Shown in pieces: positions 24,844 to 39,401 of a DNA stretch of 64,000 nt. The stretch is from Octopus vulgaris (taxonomy: Eukaryota), in NCBI GenBank assembly GCA_951406725.2, contig OX597815.1, positions 27,342,001 to 27,406,000 on the forward strand, written 5' to 3'. Numbering within the stretch: position 1 is the first letter of the stretch; every line of letters starts with the position of its first letter. The position numbers and the translations under genes were made by a program. A model generated the notes under the pieces. The model searched no databases, had not been told where the DNA came from, and was given only the letters and a program-made list of their open reading frames with translations.

Positions 24844-25921
24844 GGTATAGACGTGTAGTGCGCGCTCGTCGGATTTCGTTTCCACGCAGGATGACCGAAC
24901 ACATTGAGCAGAGACCATAAACCGATGTCTCATCACCGCCGATGTTGGTCTTCGTGAAGTCTGGGTCGTAGTTTGCAAAGTTCAACATGTCCTTATCGAT
25001 CATGTCCTTATCGATCTTCATGCGGAGTTGAAATCATACGGTAATGACATGACAGAAACGTTAGAATATGAGACTAAACATATTTACTAATTAATTACGC
25101 TCAACTGAGTTCAAGTCCAGCCAGAGTTGATTTTATTTATTCATCTCTTAGGATTGTTAAGTTATTAGTTGAACTTTAAGTTTCGAGCTGGCTGAATCGT
25201 TAGCATGCTGGCCGAAAATTTTAACAACAGTTCATCCGTCTTTTTGCTCTGAGTTCAAATTCTACCGAGGTCGACTTTGCCTTTCATCATTTCAGGATTG
25301 ATAAAATAAGTACCAGTTGACCACTGAAATTGATGTTATCGATTGTTTCCCTTTCTCAGATTTTCAGGCCTTCTGCCTACGGTAGAAAAGATTATTAGTT
25401 GAGCCTTGCAACATTTCTTTTTTAGGGTTAAAAATTAAAATTAAAATATGATTGTGATTTACATTTTTATTGGTGTTGGTGAAGTATTATGCACTTTCGT
25501 TTAAGTATTAACACTCTAAAGAATTATATTTAAATCAAGTCTGTTCTGACATTGATCAACAACGTTTTGTCAAGGTTTTATTGACAAGCTTGCGTGTTTT
25601 ATTCCAAAACAAGGCGGATCAAGGAGCTTTAGTAAAACCTCCAATTACTGAGCCTACGTTTTTTGTCTGTTCAACTGGAACTTTAAGTTCAAATATTTCT
25701 GCGCGAGAAGATGTTTAATCTTAGGGAAAATAAACAAATGATCGTGAACTAACAAAGCATCATAAAACTGCGTTTAGTGGCGTTTATTCAAACAGTTCTT
25801 TGAAGTCGGGACTAATGTTGCCGAATAATAAATAAATAATAACGGCTTTTTTTATTGGTAAAGACCCTGACATTTCGCGGAGAGAGGAAAGAACAGGTGA
25901 TTATGTTACACAACAACAAAA

Positions 25922-25952
<31 letters not shown>

Positions 25953-26253
25953 TTGCTACTGCTGCTGCTGCTGCTGCTGTTATTACTGCTACTACTACGT
26001 TTTAAATAAGTAGAGGAAGAGAAGAAAGAACGGTTGCACGAGCTTTATCAGGCCCTCCTATATTTTCGTATTCAAAGAGGATAAAGTTTAGTTTGATGTG
26101 AATTTCTACAAGGAAAAACGATGACTGGAAAGGAATTTGAGACGCCACATTCCGGAAAGAAGAGTTGGACTAAAGTGCTTGGTGCTGGATCTGGGAAGTG
26201 AGTTTCATGAATGGATATTGTAAGCAGTTTGCTAGTTCAAAGAAACAGACGAC

Positions 26254-26670
26254 GGCAATCTTTCGTCTCTAGTAGACCTTTCCGTCGATTTCCGTAAAAA
26301 ACTTCTTTTTTTTTTACATATGGGCTTGCGGGAACTTTTGAAGTAATGAGAGCGAAAGAGACTAAGAGAAAGCGATTTTATGACGAGGGAAGTTCTTTTG
26401 AAGTTACCGTGCATGGGAAGCATTGATGTACATGTGTGTGTTTGATGGGGTGTGGGAGACAGACAGTATGTTGTGTAAGTGAAGTGCTTCTGTTAGTGTG
26501 TGTGAAGAGACAGAGTAATGTGTGAAAGAAAGAGATAACTGAAATTTTTTACTCGATGTATGTGTATATGTATGTATATTACTTCAAAAGTTCCCGCAAG
26601 CCCATATGTAAAAAAAAAATATTTTTTTACGGAAATCGACGGAAAGGTCTACTAGAGACGAAAGATCGCC
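26254..26670. mobile_element. MITE family M3 with ~93-bp TIRs and 8-bp TSD (Merlin-like)
   Basis: 26254-26347 is inverted at 26578-26670. Termini GGC(A/G)ATC. Perfect TSD CAGACGAC. Confidence 0.9.
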
Positions 26671-26960
26671 CAGACGACTTTTAGAAGTAATTTCAGAGAG
26701 GGTGAAAGAAAGTGATGGACACACAGACTATGCGCAAGCTAATGGCTGTCGCTTGTTGATGAGTAAATATCTTCGTCAGTCCTCAAACTTTGGATACTGT
26801 CGAGGAAAGTAACGGATAACCTATGACACGTGTATGAGCGTAACTGGCCGCAGGCTTTTAAATGATGCATAATGAAGGTTTTAAAAGAAAATAAAAACGC
26901 CCAGCAATATCATGTTATAGAAGTATTGAATCATCCAAGTATTTACTTGAAACTAAAATA

Positions 26961-27053
<93 letters not shown>

Positions 27054-27719
27054 GTGTTCGTGTTCGTGCGTGCGTGCGTGTGTGTGTGTGTGTTCGTGCG
27101 TGCGTGTGTGCGTGCGTGTGTGTGTGAGTGAAACAGTTGGTGTCCAGGAGTCTTAACCAGGAATCGAAACCTTAGTCTAGATTTTTCTGTCAGATTCTTT
27201 CCATTGATCTCGGCATCCGTACTTGTAAATTTACAAGAGTCAACTGTCATACCCCTCCAACTTATGCAAGTCCTATTCTTTTCCTGAACATCTTAGTGTA
27301 ATTTAGTTCTACACAGATAAACACATCCACTTCCTATGATCTCACGACCTACTTCCAGCTTTCTAACATATATAAATACAGAACCCAAGCCAAGTTCTCT
27401 CTTATTCTTTCATCCGGCACTTTGCCTCTCTCTTTTTATTACCCGGCATCTGGGTGACTTATCATGTCTCTCTTTTTTTATCCGGCACGTAATCGAAGTA
27501 ACATGGCTGCTATTCTTAGCACTGTAACCCTCTCCGAATATTTACGGACAATTCGTTTTCGCTCTTAGATGTCCACGTCTAAGAGCGAAAACGAAAGGAA
27601 ACACAAAGGGATGCAGAACTGCCACTTTGGGCGATTAAGGCATCTCCAAGAATCTGACCTCCTTTCATTCCATTTCCTTCTTTTGTCCTTGCCTTACATT
27701 AATCACCAGTCAATTGAAA

Positions 27720-28301
27720 TACTGTATTTTCCAGTATACAAATCGATGTAGGCATATAGGGTAGGCAGGCGCAATGGCCCAGTGGTTAGGGCAGCGGACT
27801 CGCGGTCATAGGATCGCGGTTTCGATTCCCAGACCGGGCGTTGTGAGTGTTTATTGAGCGAAAACACCTAAAAGCTCCACGAAGCTCCGGCAGGGGATGG
27901 TGGTGATCCCTGCTGTACTCTTTCACCACAACTTTCTCCCACTCTTACTTCCTGTTTCTGTTGTACCTGTATTTCAAGGGGCCGGCCTTGTCACTCTCTG
28001 TGTCACGCTGAATATCCCCGAGAACTACGTTAAGGGTGCACGTGTCTGTGGACTGCTCAGCCACTTACACGTTAATTTCACGAGCAGGCTGTTCCGTTGA
28101 TTCGGATCAACCGGAACCCTCATCATCGTAACCGACGGAGTGCTTCCATAGTGGAAACATTCAAACAACGTCACTAGCTTCCCAAATCCTGCTGCATTTT
28201 TTGGTCCTCCAAAGTCGTCTTGGCGTATAAGTCGACCTATTTTTTTGTTGGCTGTAAATTTTCGCATGAAAAATTCGACTTCTACGCCGGAAAATACGGT
28301 A
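27720..28301. mobile_element. pogo/Tigger-like MITE hosting a SINE C
   Basis: TAC(T/C)GTATTTTCC-type TIRs at both ends with TA termini. Confidence 0.6.
27766..28148 (+). mobile_element. SINE family C
   Basis: Reverse-orientation partner of 21694-22075. Confidence 0.9.
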
Positions 28302-29071
28302 TTGACTTTTTCCCCATTTTCGCCAAAGAATGCAGAAATGAGTATTTAGATAAGAAATTCGTTTTGCAACTATATGGTTAGGTGTTCCTATTCGTTACAC
28401 AAAAGTTTAATTCATGAAACAAAGGAAGCAGTACTTTTCTATATACTTCTAAATTTCAAAACCAGTTTCTTTTTTGTTTTTAATTTTCCATACGCAGTGC
28501 GCCAGTATTCTTTAATTTTAATTTGATATCCAACGTTCCACGAAGTCAAACCTATTGAGAGTCAGTGGGCTAAGCCGTTCCAAAATTTGGTAAAAATAAA
28601 TCATACATTACAGTGTTAATGAATATCGACAGCAAAAATATATTTAAAAGAAAACATTAAAAACACAATAATTTTCATTTAATTTACAAACCCATACATG
28701 GAAAGAAAAACGTTTATTACAAAGAATGAAGAAATTTAATTAACAAGGTTAACTGAATTATCGAAAATTGAATTAATAAGAAGTATTTATTTTTCTTTTA
28801 TGAATCTGCAAATGACAGTTCTTCCAGACCATAATGTTTGTTTTTATGATTTTCCTAGACATTTCTCCTTTTTACCACTTCTCAAAACTATTACTATGGG
28901 AAGAATGCTCTCTTCCTCTGCCCCCCTCCACACACTCACTCACACACACGCACATACACACATAAATACATACGCACATAAATACATACATACATACATA
29001 CATACATACACACATACATACACACATACATACATACATACACACATACATACATACATACATACATACAT

Positions 29072-29108
<37 letters not shown>

Positions 29109-29171
29109 TACATACATACATACATACATACATACATACATACATACACACACATACATACATACATACAT

Positions 29172-29202
<31 letters not shown>

Positions 29203-29402
29203 TACATACATACATACATACATACATACATACATACATACATACATACATACATACATACATACATACATACATGTTTCGCCGAGGCAGTGCGATACAA
29301 ACTCAATATACATATGCTTTAGAATGAAACGTCAGGTGAGTACAGAGTGTAACATTAATTATTGAATAACAAGAGAACAGGAAGTACGTAATCATCTTCC
29401 TT

Positions 29403-29482
29403 AGCTTACAACTGTTTCTGCTATAAAAACAGTGCACTCAGGGCCGAGTGCTTGTGCAAAATATTATAGCTTTCTCGGAGCC
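29403..29482 (-). ncRNA. Degenerate hammerhead-like motif with an extended helix II
   Basis: Minus strand GCT-CCGAGAA-A-GCTATAA..GCACTC(GGCCCT)GAGTGC..TTATAGC-A-GAAAC-AGTT-GTA-AGC. Two core mismatches. Confidence 0.45.
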
Positions 29483-29563
29483 AGCAAAAGTTTATGAAGC
29501 TAATGGAAGTTGATTGCGTTATTCATGCAATATTACACACACAAACACACACACACGCATACA

Positions 29564-30851
29564 TACGAGGGGCGTTCAATAAGTAATGCCCCTGACCCAC
29601 TTCCCATAGCAGTAGAGCAACGAAACTTGGAACAGTTATTAGTCTTTTTCTACATAGGAACCACCCAGAGTTACGCATTTCTCCCATCGTTTGATGCAGC
29701 TCTGAAGACCGTTTTTGTAGAAGACCCCAGCTTGGTCCTCCAACCACGACATGACTTCAGAAATCAAGGCTGCATCATCTGGGAAACGCTTTCCTTGCAA
29801 AAACAACTTCATGGCTGGGAAGAGGTGAAAATCAGAGGGTGCAAGGTCAGGAGAGTAGGGGGGATGGGGGTGAGTTCATAGCCGCACGCCTGTGCTTCTG
29901 ATCTGGCGACACGCGAGTTGTGAACCGGAGCGTTGTCCTGCAGGAGGAGGATGCCTTTGCTGATCTTGCTCCGCCTCTTGATTTTGATAGCTTCTCTTAA
30001 TTTCCTCAAAAGTGAAGCATAATAGACTCCTGTGATTGTGGCACCCTTTGCCAGGAAATCTGTCATCACTACTCCGTCCTGGTCCCAGAAGACTGTAAGC
30101 ATGACCTTGCCAGCGGAGGGCTGCACCCTTGCCTTCTTTGGAGGAGGTGAGTCACGGTGCTTCCACTGCATTGACTGGGCTTTGGTCTCTGGATCATTGT
30201 GATGGACCCAGGTTTTATCCTATGCAATCAGTCTCTTGAAAAAATTTTACTCATCTTCTTGGCACATCTCCAAATTCATCCTCGGGCAATCGACGCGTTC
30301 TTGCTTCTGGAAAGGTGTGAGCAACCTAGGAATCCATCTGGCAGACACCTTTTGCATATGCAAATGGTCATGAATGATAGTTTCCACAGACCCGGTACTA
30401 ATCTTGACCTCATGGGCTATTTGGCGAATAGTTATGCGTCGATCTTCCAAAATGGCAGCCTCAACTTGACAGACAGATGCCTCATCAATGGCAGAAGGGG
30501 GCGACCAGATCTAGGAGCTGTTTCCACAGAGTTCCGACCATGTTTGAATTCACTATGCCAGCGTTTTACAAGGTCATATTGTGGGGCATCATCACCATAA
30601 GTTAATTTCATTTCATCAAAAGTCTCCCGTGGTGTGAGTCCTTTCAAATACAAAAACCGGATCACTGCTCGCCACTCAACATGCTCCATTTCACACTTGA
30701 CTCAGTTCAAACACCTGTAAATCAAAAACCACAATTAGTTCAGAGCTGTAATTTGCCACTTAATCTATAGAGATATAAATAATTGCACATTTCAGCTAGA
30801 TCAAACAACTGCAAGTGGGTCAGAGGCATTACTTATTGAATGCCCCTCGTA
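29564..30851 (-). mobile_element. Full-length mariner (DD34D) element, frameshifted
   Basis: ~35-bp TIRs CGAGGGGC(G/A)TTCAATAAGTAATGCC(C/T)CTGACCCACTT with TA TSD. ORF pieces carry the HTH (RAVIRFLYLKG), WIPRLLT, LLQDNAPVH and, in an alternative frame, YSPDLAPSD. Confidence 0.95.
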
Positions 30852-31929
30852 TGTATCTGTATAACTGTATGTTAGTTCATGTGTATATGTTGACTTACTG
30901 CTAACATAACGTGTATGTACGTCAACACGAACTTAACTAAGGTTGTTATTTTCTCTTTTTTATGCAAATGGTAACTACGAGTAATGGTATCTACGAGTAT
31001 GACGGGCTTCCACACAGTTTCCGCCAACCAAATTCAACCACAAGGCATTGATCGGTGAGGGACTAAAAGTTGAAGACATTTGCTGAAAGTGCCGTGCCGT
31101 AGGACTGAACCCGAAACCACGAGGTTGCAAAGCGAGCTTCTAAACTCTTTATAATTTTCTTTTGAAATTTTGTTTCCCTAACAATTTTGCGTCTTGGTCA
31201 ACTGTCCCGGTGGACCTGCCCATGTTACACCACTAACTGCATTAAACATATCCACACTAACTTGCACCCAAATTGCGAAGTAACAGATTTAAAGTGATGT
31301 GTTAATCAATGCAATGTGGACCGCTGTTCCAACATAGTTGACTATACCAAGCGCACATATATAAAGTACCCGTTCTATTGCGGTATATATATATCCCGTA
31401 CCTCGCCACTTAATCTTAATTAAAGAATTGAAAATATTAAAAAATGGTGGGAGGAGTATTCGATTTCTCGTGTTTATTTGCACAAAGTTAAAAAGGAAAA
31501 TACACACTTGATAGGAAAAAATGTATTGTAATCCCGGATGATCAAAAGAAACAGAAGAACAATGCGCAAAGGAACACACACACACACACACACACATGTA
31601 CATGTGGACAAGCGACTGCAAGAAATTGCAACCAAATTCCCTTCCTAGCATCTTAAAAGGCTTTATGAGTGAAATTTATTAAATGGAAGCTTGTCGGAGT
31701 GACTGTTCCTTTTCTTGAATAGTAGGTTTGATTCGTCGCCCTCTTTAATACCACTAACCCTTTCGTGTTTTGGCTCAAGGCCAGCAATTTTGAAGTGTGA
31801 GGAAATCGATAACACCGACCCCAGTGCTCAGCTATATCAAGTACCAGTGAGTCGACTGACCACATTATTTCTGGTAGCTGAATACTTGCGAAGTTCGAAT
31901 ATATTCACAGACACCGAGTCGGTTAGCTA

Positions 31930-32310
31930 CGTCGACTGAACAATAAATATACTGACACTTCGATGTCAAAACAGATAAGAAGTGATACAACATGTACCGA
32001 GCAGAATAAGATAACAAATGAAGAGCTGTGACAGAAGGGAGGTAGGGGGTAGGTGCCAGTGGTAGAACAGATCTTGAATGACAAGCGGGGCTAGTTAGGC
32101 CACATCTTTAGGAAGCCAATAACCTGCATTATACGTTAGGCCCTTACTTGGAATCCACAAGGAAGGCGGAAGAGAGGGTGCCTTAAAAAGTAGTTGGAGG
32201 CGGGATACTGACGTAGAGCTAAAAAAAAAAAAAAGCAGGAATCCAATTTGGAGGGAAGCTGAGAAGACAGCCCAGAGCTGAGAACAGTGGAAATAAGTCA
32301 TCGATGGACC
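31930..32310 (+). mobile_element. Decayed RTE LINE 3' fragment
   Basis: KITNEEL, LGHIFRKP and ALTWNPQGRRKRG can be read across frames. Confidence 0.65.
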
Positions 32311-32527
32311 TATAAAAATAGTATCACGCTTGGTCGTATCGTATAGATTTACCATCGCACGCGATCCCATTCTTAATAATTTATTTACTGACTATATAAT
32401 ACATGCAGCGGCAATACACATAAGTTTGGAATGACAACAAGGTTTCTTTTTAAGATATATACATTATTTATTTTACATATTTTACAATCATGTGGATTCT
32501 AAGAGTTCGTAAGCGTTAGCATGTTTT

Positions 32528-33406
32528 TGTAGCCGTTTTTTCCGGGTATCGGCCTGGCAACAAGTAATAACAGATGGCTTAAGGTAGTTCTTAGAAGAAA
32601 CTAGAACCCAAGAACAGATAATTGATTTACCGTTTATGAGGTACAGCGTAAGAGTTCTATATCAAGGTTGCGTCTCGTAGTGTAGATTAATTGAATCACT
32701 CGTTGTGTTTATCTTTCTCTTGATATGAACATACTTCCAGATATGTTACTGTAGCCGTTTTTCCGTGGCGAGAATTTCACCTAACCGCTATAGCTGAATC
32801 TGTAGTTGTCTCGTGTACAAATTAAATCTTCGATGTTTGTCGATTGGTTCGTGCTGCTTCTTCATTATTTTCTGTTTGGTTATTTTTCTCTAGTTATAGA
32901 TATCCTGTAACCGTTCTTCATGGTGATATTTCACACTAACAGTATAAGAGGTATCTGTAACATCTTGTATTAATGGTGGTCGCCTGCTTTTCGAACTGGA
33001 ACTTGGTCGAGTATGCTCTGTGTGGTCAGAGACTTAGCTCTTAAAAGAACTAAAAGCCTAAAACGAGCTCTGTGTGGTCAGAGGTTCGCCCTGAGAAGGA
33101 CTGGAAGCCTAAGACGAATATTTGTCTGAGAAACCTTGTTTTATAAGCTTTACATAGCTCCCAATGAACTTCAGAAATGGAAAGCTGTGATTGGCTGCTT
33201 GGAACTATGGCGCGAAAATAAACGGAGGCAAATCGCGCCAAGTTATAACCAGCGGTGCGAGCGTAGTAGAGACCAACGTGTCAACCAATCGAATTAGTGT
33301 TTACAACAATGTTGAACTAGCCGAAGCTGTTTGTAATCTCGACCGAGGTTATTCTTAATACTCCTCTCAAACAGTGAAGATAGCAATGAGAGACGATATT
33401 GCTACA
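32528..33406 (-). mobile_element. Putative LTR-like element
   Basis: TGTAGC..GCTACA termini. The minus strand has GATTGGTT, TTGGCGC.ATTTG, CAATCACA and TATAAAA in the same order as 8290-8851. Confidence 0.35.
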
Positions 33407-33871
33407 GACCTTTTGCTTCATAAGGAGCAAAGGGCTTAAATAAGTAAGTAAACACGGAACATAACGATTCGGCCGTAAACATCTTCGACATGCCTGTCCA
33501 GACTGACAAAAGGGATTAATCTATGTAGTCTGATAAATAGCTCAATCCTTTCTTACAAAAACCTTGCCCGGATGGTGCTCAAGAAACTGTTGTTGTAAAA
33601 AGATTTGGGAACTGAAAACAGCAGGGTGCAGGGTTCGCAAATGACAACGGTACCAGTACGAACTGGAGTACTCGTTACTTATGGCAAAGAAAGTTGATAA
33701 GAAACGTAAATCTATACCAGATGAACTTTACGTCAGCTAAAACCACAAAGCACACACACACACACATAACGAAAGAACAAAAAATAAAAGATACAAGACG
33801 GTATCAGTTTGGGAGCTTAGATCGACACCCAGAGGAATTGTGACGTTTTGGACATTGACCTTCTTCAGAGT

Positions 33872-34159
<288 letters not shown>

Positions 34160-34562
34160 CCTTTCCACTGAAGGCACAATAGTGGTGGTGGCGGCGGTGT
34201 TGGTAGTGGCGATGGTGACGGTGATGGTGATGCTACTGCTGCTGCTGCTACTGCTACAAGGAACTGTTACCTTATTTAAACGTCAAGATTAGGTCAGTAG
34301 TTAGCCCATAATGTTCCACACTTTCAGTATGGTTTTATTGACGTTTTAATGGATGGAAATTAGCTTTCAACGTTGGAAATGTTGGTCGGTCTTTATGTTT
34401 TTATTTGTGATATTTATTATTCATAAACTTATGTCTCCTTTCTTCCCATAAGGACAAACTAAACATACATGTTTACACATGCACATGTACACACGTACCA
34501 CAGAAGGTGGGAAAGCGAAGGATTGTATGAAGTATGTGCGTGTATGTGTGTGTGTGTGTGTG

Positions 34563-34608
<46 letters not shown>

Positions 34609-34825
34609 GGGTGAGAGAGGGCGAGGATAATACAAAGAAGGAAATCAGAAAACACAGACTTAAAACGAATAGGACTTTTTCTTTCTTCTTTTCTTTTAAT
34701 ACTCAATGGAGTTAGTGGACAATGTTGAGTGTGCGCACGCGCATGTGTGTGTATATGCATGTATGTATGCATGTATGTATTTATGTATGTATGTATGTAT
34801 GTATGTATCAGTCTGTGTATTTATG

Positions 34826-34880
<55 letters not shown>

Positions 34881-34989
34881 GTATGTATGTATGTACATAA
34901 ACGTGTGTATGTATGCATATATATTATTTATTATTTATATTATATACTGTTGTGTCTGGGAAGAGTCATTTTCTTTTTGTGCCTTATAA

Positions 34990-37900
34990 TTTAACACACT
35001 CACCGGAAACTCAAATATCGAGGCCCAATGGAATAAGAAACCTTCGAGGAAAGAAGAAATTTGGAGTGAACTCAAAGAACTGCAAATTTTACCTGCGAGG
35101 CAAATGTTGTCATGGGGAAGACGGTACAAACTGCCGGTTTGTTCAACCGAGATCCCGCCAAAGCTACAGGGGCCTTAAGGAGAAATACTTCCCTGACGAA
35201 AGGTACCAATCGCCTCCAAAAAAAAAAAAAGACATACAAATGCAGTGCGCTCTTCAGATATTATATCCAAGGCAGCAGCTGAGCAAGAGCCTTTTTGTGC
35301 ACGGCGCAAGATTGTGTAACAGCTGACCTGCTACATTAAACGCAAACAAGGAACCTTGCCCACCACTGCGCAAGACCACCACAATCAACAGACACGAGAT
35401 GGCCTCCTCTAAAACCTGCACAGTCGTCACGCCAATATTTTTACTAAATATTGGGGGTCTGTTGCATCACAACAACAAAAGTAAATTTTTTTTCCTGAGA
35501 GACTTTGCTGCATACAATCAAGCCCAATGCGTAGCACTCGTGGAAACTCATCTGAGCCCTGATATAGAGGATGCAGAAGTACACGTACCAGAATATACCA
35601 TACTACGATCAGACAGAAGGGAGAGGAGCCATGGTGGAGTTGCTGTATGCATCCATGAAGACCTCACACCCCAGGTCTTACTGTCATACTCAGATTCAGT
35701 ATGTAACACTCTAACTGTATACATAAGACAATGCAATGTAGTCATATGCAATATATATCGCCCGCCGGATGCTCCAAACCACATAGACAAGTTTGAAGAT
35801 AGCCTCACAAGAATAAAAGAAATCTTCATGAAACTGGAACACCATGCGAGCGTATTTCTTATGGGTGATTTCAAGTTCCCCAATGTCAAATGGCCTGAAA
35901 GTCTCATGCTCTCAGGAATGACTCATTGCAAACAAGCACAGATGGAGTCTCTGCTCAATCTCACCAATACCCTATTCAGGCAACAAGTTGCTCAGACCAA
36001 CGAGAGCAAATAACATTTTGGATCTCTGCTTCACAAACAATATAGATATCGTTCATGATGTGAAAGTGACGCCGACATTAGTTTCCGATCACAACATAAT
36101 AGAGCTGTCTATGTATGGACCAAAAGTAGCCAGAGATATACAACCTAAAGGAAGCACTCAAAATCTCTCCAGTCTGAACTTCAATAAAGCAGACTGGAAA
36201 TCTATCCAAAATGAGACCCTCAGACAGGACTGGCCGAAATGTCTCTCCACACCAGACATTAGCATGAAACTAGAATACTTCATGTCTGTTATGCAAACTA
36301 TATGCCAGAAATATGTTCCAGGGCACAAGGCCAACACAAAAAGGAACAAGATCCCAAGGGAGAGGAAGATCCTCATGAGACAACGGGCGAAGTTTGCAAA
36401 TCGCTCCAACCAACATTCCAAAAGTAGTGAAAGGTCCCGCCTAAAAACAACACCAATGGAGATTGAAAAAATCCTGCAACAATCCTATGCAAGGGAGAGG
36501 GCAGACAAAGAAGCCTGGGTTATAAAAAAACATCAAGTCAAACATAAAAAGGCCTTCTTTCATTATGCCAAAGAAACAGCCCCAGCACGCTGCAAAATAG
36601 GACCCCTCTTCCAAAAGGATGGCTCTCTCACAGATAGTCCAACTAGAATTAGTGCGGTACTGAATGACCAGTTCGAAAGTGTATTTACTACTCCGTTGGA
36701 ACACAGACAAGTGAACGAACCAAGCAAGCTGGAGGAGGGAATAATACGCCCAATCCATAAAGGAGGAAGCAGAGTAGATGCCAAAACCTGTAGGCCTATC
36801 TCTCTGACTTCACACAACAGCAAAGTCATGGAATGGATAGTCAGAGGGAAACTAATCGCATCTCTTGAAGAAAACAACTTGCTGAGTGATACCCAGCATG
36901 GTATTCGACCAGGTAGGAGCTGCCTGACCCAGCTCTTACAGCACTATGACTGGGTGTTGAGGCAGTTACTCAACAAATCAAAGGTGGACGCAGTATAACT
37001 TGACTTTGCAAAAGCTTTTCATAAAGTAGATCATGAGATCATATGCCACAAACTACTTGATCTTGGTATAGCTAGCAAACTTGGAGAGTGGTTACATGAC
37101 TTTCTGAAAGTCAGGCTGTAGTGGCCAGTGGAGACACCTCAAAGAAAACAAAAATTGTGAGCGGTGTTCCACAGGGCACTGTCTTGGGACCACTGCTTTT
37201 CATTGTGGCCCTCTCAGATATGCCCTCAGCTACCTGGATAGCCACCCTTGCTAGCTACGCAGACGATACTAAAGTCTCGCAGAAAATACAAAACCCCAGC
37301 GGTGTTGCCCACCTGCAGCAGGAGTTGGACTCAATTTATAGGTGAGCTGGAGACAATAATATGCAGTTTAATGCTGAAAAATTCCAAGCCCTGCGCTACC
37401 AGCGTCCAAAACTGAATATCAAACTTACAAGTACACTGGTCCACAGGGGTTTTAAATCCCAGAGCCTAAATCAGTGAGGGACTTGGGTTTCGACATGAGT
37501 GATGATACCTCTTTCCAAGTGCACATTACCAGGATGACTACAAAGTGCAGACGACAGGCTGGCTAGATCCTGATAATGTTCAGGACCAGAGATAAGGAAA
37601 CCATCATCGTCCTCTGGAGGACATTCGTCCTCAGCCGTCTGGACTACTCCTCCCAACTATGGTCACCCAACAGTGTAAAATTAATAGCGGACCTTGAAGC
37701 AATCCAGCGAAGCTTCACAAAGAAGATCGTCTCTTTGCAACAGCTCAGCCACTGAGAAAGGCTGAAACAGCTAAGACTCTACTCCCTGGAGCAAAGGTGG
37801 GAGAGGTATGCAGTAATATACATCTGGAAGATCCTGGAAGGAATTGTGCCAAATTTTGGCATTGAAAGCTAAACTAATGCCAAAACGGGTCGACACTGCA

Positions 37901-38230
37901 CAGTACCAAAGATCCCAGCAATGTCATCGCGCTTCAGGACAAGTTACTGCAATAGCCTGGGTTTCAGAGGCCCACTGCTTTTTAATATTGTCCCAAAGAG
38001 CCTGAGGGACCTACACAAAGTAGATGTAGGTATTTTCAATTCCAAACTGGACCTCTTCCTGTCGAGAGTCCCAGATGAACCTACCTCGCGACAAGAGGTG
38101 CAAATGAGGGTAGCGACATCAAACTCCCTCATTCACCAAATGCTACATATTAAGGGAGGCTCTCAGTAACAAGAGCGTAGCAAAACCGCCGTGCCCCAAC
38201 ATGGTCGCAGCTCTTAGCTGAAACTACAAA
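34990..38230 (+). mobile_element. Decayed near-full-length CR1-group LINE (ORF1 remnant, APE endonuclease, RT)
   Basis: APE motifs ETHL, GGVA, IYRPP, MGDF.FP, LDLCFTN, SDHN. RT motifs RPISLTS, QHG.RPGRSC, DFAKAF, GVPQGTVLGP, YADDTK. Internal deletion and stops present. Confidence 0.9.
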
Positions 38231-38993
38231 AAAAGAAAAGAACAAAGAAAAGAAATTCAGATTCAGCGTCAAAAATTACATCTATATGATACATTAAAAA
38301 AATTTTCTATAGATAATTATCTCAATGTAGGCTGCCGCATTGACTTCGAAGACCTTGCGGGAAAACCTGAGGAGGCATGACGTGGTGGACCTCGTTGGTC
38401 ATGACCCAGAAGACTATTACAGACGATAGAAATTTCGTATGCTTTGCAGTAGGGACTTCTACGCAATGGGGTTGGTGTAGTCATCTATGATTCTTCCTGT
38501 TCATTTTTTGACCTTGGACAAAGTTCCTTTCATTTGCGTTAGATTCAAAGCGTACATGTTGAGGTTGAAGAAAGAGAGAAAATTTAGTTAAAATCTGGGC
38601 CACTTGTAGCTCTTAAAAAAGTATTGTTCTCAAATAGCTGACCCACTCTGTATACATATCAATGTAATCCGTACTTTATGTGTATGTGTGAGAAAGACGG
38701 AGAGAGATTTTATTTATTTTGAAAAGAAATTTCTACATGTTAACTGAACTAAAAGAAAAATGCAAACAAAATGACAAAGCAATCAAAATGCACTGACCTT
38801 GAAGCCGCCTGTTCATGACACCCTCGCTATCTTTTCTTTTTCTCTTTTCAGCTGTGTATAGATATGTATGTCCCATTATTCCATTAGCTATTCAGACGTT
38901 TTCAACTGCTTAACAGCTACTTTCTGAGTGACTTAATTCTTAAGGAATTCAACAACAGGTTATGTCCAATTCTGAACTTAAACTTCAACATTT

Positions 38994-39062
<69 letters not shown>

Positions 39063-39074
39063 GTAAACTCTCCC

Positions 39075-39185
<111 letters not shown>

Positions 39186-39189
39186 GTGT

Positions 39190-39401
39190 GTATATGTTTG
39201 TGTGTCTGCGTTTTACCCCCAACCATCGCTTGACAACCGATGTTGGTGTGTTCACGTCCCCGTAATTTAGCGGTTCGGCAAAAGAGACCAATAGAATAAG
39301 TACTAAACTTACAAAGAATAAGTCCCGGGGTCGTTTTGTTCGACTAAAGGCGGTGCTCCAGCGTGGCCGCAGTCAAATGATTGAAACAAATACAAGAATA
39401 A
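39190..39401 (+). mobile_element. SINE family B, 3' part
   Basis: CGCTTGACAACCGATG..GGCGGTGCTCCAGC.TGGCCGCAGTCAAATGA. Confidence 0.8.
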
